DNA from: Archangium sp.
GTDB taxonomy: Bacteria > Myxococcota > Myxococcia > Myxococcales > Myxococcaceae
Length of the DNA: 58,769 bases
Direction: 5' to 3'
NCBI GenBank assembly: GCA_031367385.1
Contig: JANLPS010000188.1
Location: 1 to 58,769 of the forward strand
The notes under the pieces: model-generated
What the model was told of the DNA's origin: nothing
What the model saw: only the letters and a program-made list of their open reading frames with translations
The model's database searches: none
Part shown: positions 52,903 to 58,769 of the stretch, piece after piece
Numbering within the stretch: the first letter of the stretch is position 1
Layout of the letters: each line of letters opens with the position of its first letter
Made by a program: the position numbers and the translations under genes

Positions 52903-53298
52903 ATGATGGCTCGCTCGGTGTGTTGGCTGATTTTCTTCGCGCTTTTCGGCGGCTGCACCGCACGTACGTACCGTGGGGCGGTGGAGACGCTGGTGTGGCC
53001 GACGACGAGCGCGCCGAAATACACGGTGTCGGATGGCGAGACGCTGACGCTCACCAAGCATCTCACCGGAGAGGTCGTGCCCCTGCCCTTCATGACCCGC
53101 AAGGTCTCTGCGCCGGTGCCCGAGCACATTCGATTTTCGACTGACGGCGCATTGCTGTTCGTGCCGATTCGCGAAGACCTGTTCGCGCCGAATCGCGACC
53201 CGCTCGGGATCAGCTATCGCCTCAGCGTGTGGGACTTGGAGCGAGATCAGCTCGTCAAGACCATCGACATCGACGAGGCGCTGCTGACGTCGCGGTAG
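52903..53298 (+). CDS. Hypothetical lipoprotein
   Basis: Lipobox FGGC and a beta-propeller-blade-like segment RFSTDG..LSVWD. Confidence 0.62.
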   Translation: MMARSVCWLIFFALFGGCTARTYRGAVETLVWPTTSAPKYTVSDGETLTLTKHLTGEVVPLPFMTRKVSAPVPEHIRFSTDGALLFVPIREDLFAPNRDPLGISYRLSVWDLERDQLVKTIDIDEALLTSR

Positions 53299-53592
53299 TT
53301 ATTCGGCTTCGGGCACTTCGGCGGTCTGCAGCTGCGCCTGATCACGGCGAGCAACCACCGCAATCGCGAGCAACATCACGGCGCCGAGGGTCGACCACCA
53401 GATCTGCATCGGCGCGAAGGTCAACAAGTGATCAGCGCCGTGGTGAAACAAGCTGATCACCCCACCGAGCATCGACCCGGCGACGCCCAGCGTCAGCGTG
53501 CCGGCGAGCCCCAAGAACCGCGTGCCCGGGAAGGTCGAGCGGGCCGACCAGGCAGCGAGGAAACCGATGATGAGGGTCAGCGAGAGGTTCAT
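53299..53592 (-). CDS. GlsB/YeaQ/YmgE (transglycosylase-associated) membrane protein
   Basis: IIGFLAAW.AR..PG, LGVAGSMLGG and STLGAVMLL. Confidence 0.8.
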   Translation of the reverse strand: MNLSLTLIIGFLAAWSARSTFPGTRFLGLAGTLTLGVAGSMLGGVISLFHHGADHLLTFAPMQIWWSTLGAVMLLAIAVVARRDQAQLQTAEVPEAE

Positions 53593-53664
53593 GGGGCAGG
53601 CTCGCAGTGGTTATCGGGGCCGTCACCGATCAAGTTGTCGGCGCGCCGCAAATCAATGTTTTTA

Positions 53665-56508
53665 CTACCGAATTTGCCAAAGATGCGGCACGCGGTCGGC
53701 ACCGATGGCGAACAGGGCGTGCGCATCGATGAAGTGCACCGCGGCGACCCGGCCAGCATCCGCCGGTATCTCGGCCCACAGCGCCCCGCTCTCCCGATTC
53801 CACAGGTGCACTTCTCCGTTGCTGCCGGTGGCGACCCACTCGGAGCTCACGTCGAGCGCGGTGATCTGCCCGCGGGTGGTCGCGAAGGTGCGTGCGCCCG
53901 AGTCGCTCCATTCGGTCAACCTCGCGTCGGCGCCGGCCGAGTACAGGCGTTGACCGTCTGGAGCCCACTTGACCACCAGCACCGCGCCGTCGGCCTGCCC
54001 GGTCTGAGGGCGTTCTTTGCCATTCTCAGCGTCATAGAGCGCCACCCGCTTGTCTTCACGAGCCGCCGCGACGGTTCGGCCATCGGGAGAAAACGCGAGG
54101 TCGTGCATTAGGCCTACGCGCTCGCGTGAAATCTCACGATTGAATTGAAGACTCCACATCACCAGCGTGCCGTCGCTGAAGGCCCATGCGGCGCGTGCAC
54201 CATCGGGGCTGACAGACATCGCACAGACCGGGTGTTTGCTGGTGTCGAGGGCGTTCACCTCTCCGTTCCACCGCTGGGCCAGCACTTGCCCGTCATCGCC
54301 ACCGCTCAGGTGCCGCAAGGCCCCAGGCGTGCCGTCGCCAGTCACCTCGACCACCGCTCGCACCGCGCCCGCGTGATGTGATTCGAAGAAGCTCACCTCG
54401 TGTGAGCTCACGTCGTATTTGCGAATGCGCCCATCGCTCAAACCGCTGACCAGCCACCCCCGCTTCCACCAAGCGTGAAACGTCGGGGCCGCGTCTTCTG
54501 ACAAGACCTCGATTCGTTGTGGCAGCCCGAGCAAGAACAGTGACGGCGCTTGCGGAGCGACCACCACCGCGAGCACCTCGTCAGCCACCGGGGCCAGCGC
54601 GTTGATCGGCGCCTCGAAGTCGCTGACCACGCCCTCCAGGCTCCAGTCGGGAAACCACCACTGCACCGTGCCCGCGCGATCGGCGCTGATCATTCTCGAT
54701 GAGCTGATCAATGACGAGACGTCGTCGCGATGCCCGGTGGTCACGTACTTGACGCCACTCCTCGAGAGCTCGAGCACGGTTCGCTCAAGCCCCACCGTCA
54801 CCGTCTGCGAGTCGGCAAAGAGGGCACTACTCCGACCCTTGATTTCAATCGGCGTGGCGCCACCGAACTGGGCCCGAACGATCATGCCACCCGATGCAGC
54901 GAGCACGTCTTTCGCCGCGGCGAGTGTCTGCACCGGGCCGGGCATCGCCCACCGAACGGTCTGCGTGCCGTCGACGCTGATCTCGATCACCCGCCCGTCA
55001 CGCAAGCCAGCGAAGAGCGAGGGGCCTCCGGTGCTGGCGAGGCTGAGCACCGTGCTGTCGAAGCCGGTGAACTGCTGCACCTGCTCGCGGGTGCTCAGGC
55101 TCCACACATGCACGATGCGATCATCTCCCGCAGATGCGAGGCGATCTCCACTGAGCACCACGACCGCGCGCTGCCAGCCCACCGGGCCGAGCTTGAGCGA
55201 ACCCTCCGAATGCCCATCGACGAGAGAGAACAATGCAACGCCGCCCAGAGTGCCGCACGCGACCAACGAGCCGGCCTGTGCGACCGCCGAGCACCCGGCC
55301 TCGACCCCGACTTTCCAGAGTGTCTTGGGCACGCCGCGCTCGTCGGCGACCATCAACACTCCACGCGCGAGCGGCTGATCAGCCAACCCGGCAGCTCGGT
55401 TCGCAAGGCTCAGGGCGCGGCGGGTGTCTTTCGCTCGCAGGGCGTCAACCGCGCTCTCGGCCAACGCCCGGGCCACGTCGAGCTGATCAGCGGGCACCGT
55501 CGCCTGCGGGCGCGGCGGCGCGGGGAGCAGGGTGAGCAACGCACCCTGCACCGCCAGCGCCACCAGCACGGCCCCCACGACCCACCGGCCCATCGAGGGT
55601 CGTTCGAAGCGCTGGGTCTTCTCGAGCGCCTCGGCCATCTCACTCGCATTCGCAAAACGCAGCTGAGGGTCTTTCTGCAACGCCCGCTCAATCACGCTGA
55701 TCAACGCTTTGGGAGCGCGGCGCTCGAGCTCGCGAATCGAGGGCGTCGGCTCTTCGAGCACCGCGGTCAGCACATTCGCGCCATCGAAGGGCAGTCGCCC
55801 GGTCACCAACTCGAAGAGCAACACCCCCAGCGCCCACACGTCGGTTCGCGAGTCGCTCACGCCCGCGCGCACCTGCTCAGGGCTCATGTATGCCGGAGTG
55901 CCGCTGCCCCCCGACAAATCGGCCTCGCCGGAGACATTGGCGAGCCCCCAATCGAGCACCTGGGTCTCGCCGAAGGGGCCGATCATCACGTTCGCGGGCT
56001 TGAGGTCTCGATGCACCACGCCGCGGCTGTGCGCGTAGGCGATGGTCTGCACCACGTCGATGAAGTGCGGCAACACCGAGAGGCGCTCAGCCAGGCTCTC
56101 GCAGCGGGTCATCGCCTTTGCCAGCGAGTCTCCAGCGATTCGGCGCATCGCATAATACGGAGTGCCGTCGGCTCTCCTGGCGAGCTCGTACACCGGCACC
56201 ACGCCGGGGTGCTCGAGCCGGGCCATCACCCGCGCCTCGCGAATGAAGAGCGAGCCGACCAGCGGGCCGACCGAGCTCTTCTCGTTCGCGTGCTCGGGCA
56301 GCAGTTCTTTGACCGCGACCTCGCGCCTTAGGTGGGTGTCGTAGAGCCGAAGCACGCGGCCCATGCCGCCGCGGCCGAGCTCGCTGACGCCCTCGACGAC
56401 GGTGTAGCGGCCCTCGAGCTCGACGGGGAGCGTGTCGATCTCGGTGGGGAAAGGTGCGAGCGCGAGGTTGCTCGGCCTGGTCTTGGGCAGCTCGTCGTCG
56501 TCGCTCAC
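53665..56508 (-). CDS. Ser/Thr protein kinase with WD40 repeats
   Basis: LGRGGMGRV, VAVK, HRDLKPAN, LDWGL and GTPAYMSPE, then a hydrophobic segment and multiple WD40-like blades. Confidence 0.92.
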   Translation of the reverse strand: MSDDDELPKTRPSNLALAPFPTEIDTLPVELEGRYTVVEGVSELGRGGMGRVLRLYDTHLRREVAVKELLPEHANEKSSVGPLVGSLFIREARVMARLEHPGVVPVYELARRADGTPYYAMRRIAGDSLAKAMTRCESLAERLSVLPHFIDVVQTIAYAHSRGVVHRDLKPANVMIGPFGETQVLDWGLANVSGEADLSGGSGTPAYMSPEQVRAGVSDSRTDVWALGVLLFELVTGRLPFDGANVLTAVLEEPTPSIRELERRAPKALISVIERALQKDPQLRFANASEMAEALEKTQRFERPSMGRWVVGAVLVALAVQGALLTLLPAPPRPQATVPADQLDVARALAESAVDALRAKDTRRALSLANRAAGLADQPLARGVLMVADERGVPKTLWKVGVEAGCSAVAQAGSLVACGTLGGVALFSLVDGHSEGSLKLGPVGWQRAVVVLSGDRLASAGDDRIVHVWSLSTREQVQQFTGFDSTVLSLASTGGPSLFAGLRDGRVIEISVDGTQTVRWAMPGPVQTLAAAKDVLAASGGMIVRAQFGGATPIEIKGRSSALFADSQTVTVGLERTVLELSRSGVKYVTTGHRDDVSSLISSSRMISADRAGTVQWWFPDWSLEGVVSDFEAPINALAPVADEVLAVVVAPQAPSLFLLGLPQRIEVLSEDAAPTFHAWWKRGWLVSGLSDGRIRKYDVSSHEVSFFESHHAGAVRAVVEVTGDGTPGALRHLSGGDDGQVLAQRWNGEVNALDTSKHPVCAMSVSPDGARAAWAFSDGTLVMWSLQFNREISRERVGLMHDLAFSPDGRTVAAAREDKRVALYDAENGKERPQTGQADGAVLVVKWAPDGQRLYSAGADARLTEWSDSGARTFATTRGQITALDVSSEWVATGSNGEVHLWNRESGALWAEIPADAGRVAAVHFIDAHALFAIGADRVPHLWQIR

Positions 56509-56629
56509 GGGTCATTTCAAAGCACGGCTGCCCCCGTAACCGCTCGAATTTCATGCAAACCGCCGCCCTCGAAAAAAGTCACCCGACTGATCAGACCCGA
56601 AGGCCCAGCGAGTCGTTGAAGGGCGCCCT

Positions 56630-58090
56630 ATGAACCGAACGACTGCTTTCGTGGCGCTGGCTGGAGCACTGGTTGTCACCGCGGTCATCGCAGGCTTGCC
56701 GAGGCATTCTTCGCCGCCGCCGACACCGCCGATGCCGCAGACGATTCCGCCTCCGACGATGCCCAGGCCGATACCGGCACCTTCAGGCCCGATGGCCGCG
56801 GCGCAGGTGGGCTCGCTGTCGATGACCGGGCGCCTCTCACACCCGTATTTGGTTGAAGGCACCCAAGACCTGTTCGCGACCCTGGAGGTCTCGGCCGCCG
56901 AGGTGCCTGGAGCCAAGAGAGCACCGGTGAACTTCGCCCTGGTGATTGACCGATCGGGGTCGATGGCGGGCGAGAAGCTGCAGCAGGCCAAGCGCGCCGC
57001 CTCGCGCCTGGTCGAGCTGCTCGACTCGAACGACCGCTTGGCGATCGTGAACTACGGCAGCGACGTGCGCACGTACCCCAGCTCGTTCTGCACGCCCGAC
57101 AAGAAGGCCCAGATGCAGGCGGCGATTTCGCGCATTCAAGAAGAAGGTGGCACCAACATCGGTGATGGGTTGCGAATGGGCCAGTCGCAGCTGGCGGTCG
57201 CGCAGAGCGACTTTCGGGTCAACCGCTTGCTGCTGCTCTCTGACGGGCAGCCGACGGTCGGCATCACCACCGCGCAGGGGCTGACGAACCTGGTGAGCAC
57301 CATTCGGCAGACCGGCGTCAGCGTGACCTCGCTCGGCGTGGGCGCCGACTTCAATGAAGACCTGATGCAGCGGTTGGCCGACGTGGGTGGCGGTGCGTAC
57401 GGCTTCGTCTCGAATGCGCAGGTGATGTCGACGCTGTTCGAGAAAGACCTGAAGCAAGCGGGCACGATGGTCGCGCAAGGCGTGGTGGTGCGGTTTCTGT
57501 TGCCCCCGGGCGTCGCGCTGGGTGAGGTCTTCGGCCGGCCGACCACGGTCGAGGGGCGTCAGGTTTCGGTGGTGTTGCCTGACTTCTCGGCGGGCCAGGT
57601 CGAGAAGCTGATCGTTCGATTGACCGCGTCGACCACCGGCGCGGCAGAGAGCTCGACGGTTGAGATCGCCAACTTCGGCCTGAGCTACCGCGACCTCATC
57701 GCCGAACGCGACGCGCAGAGCGACGTGCGGTTGTCAGCGCTGGTGACGCATGACGCGAAGGTCGTCACCGCCAGCCGAAACAAAGACGCGTTTCTCGATG
57801 CGACCCGCGCGCAGACCTCATCGAATTACAAGAAGGCCGCCCTCGCGATGGACCGCGGCGATTTCGCCTCGGCGACCGCGGCCGTTCAAGCCAACACCGA
57901 GCTGCTCGACTCGGCGGCGGTGTTGGGTGGCGCGGGCTCGGTCGCGGCTGACCGGGCAGAGAATGATCAATTCTTCGGCCTCACCTCATCGGCCGAGAAA
58001 GCGCCGGTCGAGGAGCAGCGAATTCGCACCAAGCAACTCAAGGTGCAGTCACTGCGTGGCTCGGGTCGCGGTGAGAAGTCGCTTTACTGA
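56630..58090 (+). CDS. Membrane-anchored vWA domain protein (YfbK-like)
   Basis: N-terminal anchor, Pro-rich linker, and MIDAS DRSGS, GGTN and LSDG. Confidence 0.88.
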   Translation: MNRTTAFVALAGALVVTAVIAGLPRHSSPPPTPPMPQTIPPPTMPRPIPAPSGPMAAAQVGSLSMTGRLSHPYLVEGTQDLFATLEVSAAEVPGAKRAPVNFALVIDRSGSMAGEKLQQAKRAASRLVELLDSNDRLAIVNYGSDVRTYPSSFCTPDKKAQMQAAISRIQEEGGTNIGDGLRMGQSQLAVAQSDFRVNRLLLLSDGQPTVGITTAQGLTNLVSTIRQTGVSVTSLGVGADFNEDLMQRLADVGGGAYGFVSNAQVMSTLFEKDLKQAGTMVAQGVVVRFLLPPGVALGEVFGRPTTVEGRQVSVVLPDFSAGQVEKLIVRLTASTTGAAESSTVEIANFGLSYRDLIAERDAQSDVRLSALVTHDAKVVTASRNKDAFLDATRAQTSSNYKKAALAMDRGDFASATAAVQANTELLDSAAVLGGAGSVAADRAENDQFFGLTSSAEKAPVEEQRIRTKQLKVQSLRGSGRGEKSLY

Positions 58091-58142
58091 AGAATCGAAG
58101 CGGCACCGCGCCTGCAGTGACCTCTCGCAGGAGACTCTTTCA

Positions 58143-58526
58143 ATGCCCCACACCGTGTCAGGCCAGCCGCGCTCGAACCCCAAAGAGGCGCCGCCGACGC
58201 CGCCGAGCGCTGCCCTTCGCGAACCATATCTGCAGCTCTCGAAGGTGTTGTTGCAGCTCAGCTCACCGCCCTACTTCGCGGTCATCTCTGATCTCCCCGG
58301 CACGCTCTTCGCGCCGCGCGCGGTGAGAGAGGCCGTCGAACGAGGGGCGCAGGTGACGATTTACAAGCAACACTTCGACCTTGCACACGCGCGCACCACC
58401 CGCCCCGACCCCGCCAATGCGACCGAAGTCGCCCGCACGCACCAGGCGAGCGCAATCAACAACCGGGCGGTTCAAGCGCAGCTGTTGACCGCCAAGCTCA
58501 TCGACCACCTCGACGTCGACGACTAA
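58143..58526 (+). CDS. Hypothetical protein
   Basis: AGGAG RBS before ATG 58143 and coding-like codon use. No family recognised. Confidence 0.5.
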   Translation: MPHTVSGQPRSNPKEAPPTPPSAALREPYLQLSKVLLQLSSPPYFAVISDLPGTLFAPRAVREAVERGAQVTIYKQHFDLAHARTTRPDPANATEVARTHQASAINNRAVQAQLLTAKLIDHLDVDD

Positions 58527-58530
58527 AGCC

Positions 58531-58769
58531 TCAGTGCGTCGTCAGCTCACTCACCAATGCCGGAGCGCCGTAGATCACCTTCAAGGCCTCGAGCATCGCG
58601 GCGGGGTGGAGTGACACGCAGCGGTTGACGGCCTCGTCAAACCAGTACGCGCCACCGATCGACTCGACGTTGCCATCGAAGGCGAGGCCCACCACCCGGC
58701 CCTCTTTGTCGAGCATCGGGCTGCCTGAGTTGCCACCGACGATGTCGTTGTCGGTCACGAAATTGAATG
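58531..58769 (-). CDS. S46-family dipeptidyl peptidase, C-terminal fragment (runs off the window)
   Basis: NFVTDNDIVGGNSGSP and GLAFDGN. Confidence 0.9.
   Translation of the reverse strand, partial: FNFVTDNDIVGGNSGSPMLDKEGRVVGLAFDGNVESIGGAYWFDEAVNRCVSLHPAAMLEALKVIYGAPALVSELTTH

Overview
High-GC bacterial chromosome segment, almost certainly from a myxobacterium (Myxococcota). The evidence is a DifE/DifG-like CheA-CheC pair, DUF2378 and PilZ paralogue-family proteins, two eukaryote-like Ser/Thr kinases and many Cys-rich lipoproteins. About 53 protein-coding genes are supported. They include gyrB, a class II UvrA, an egtB-egtD-DUF427 operon, a TolC-MFP-RND pump, KirBac and bestrophin channels, a PIG-B/GT22-like mannosyltransferase, a calpain-like protease, three secreted esterases and a B3/4-HIT-MOSC operon. 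No rRNA, tRNA, CRISPR array, integrase or transposase is visible. The observations most worth following up are: (1) a D-[A/S/G]-G linker motif concentrated in the exported parts of at least five proteins, in a region that also carries GT22, GT4 and GtrA genes; (2) a resilin-like YGAP-repeat lipoprotein; (3) a fungal Egt1-like sulfoxide synthase operon with DUF427 in place of egtA/C/E; (4) tandem Cys-rich/lamin-tail lipoprotein paralogues; (5) a REPIN-like inverted repeat; (6) recurrent esterase plus beta-barrel gene pairs; (7) signs of widespread leaderless transcription. All family assignments come from motif recognition by eye; no database search was run.
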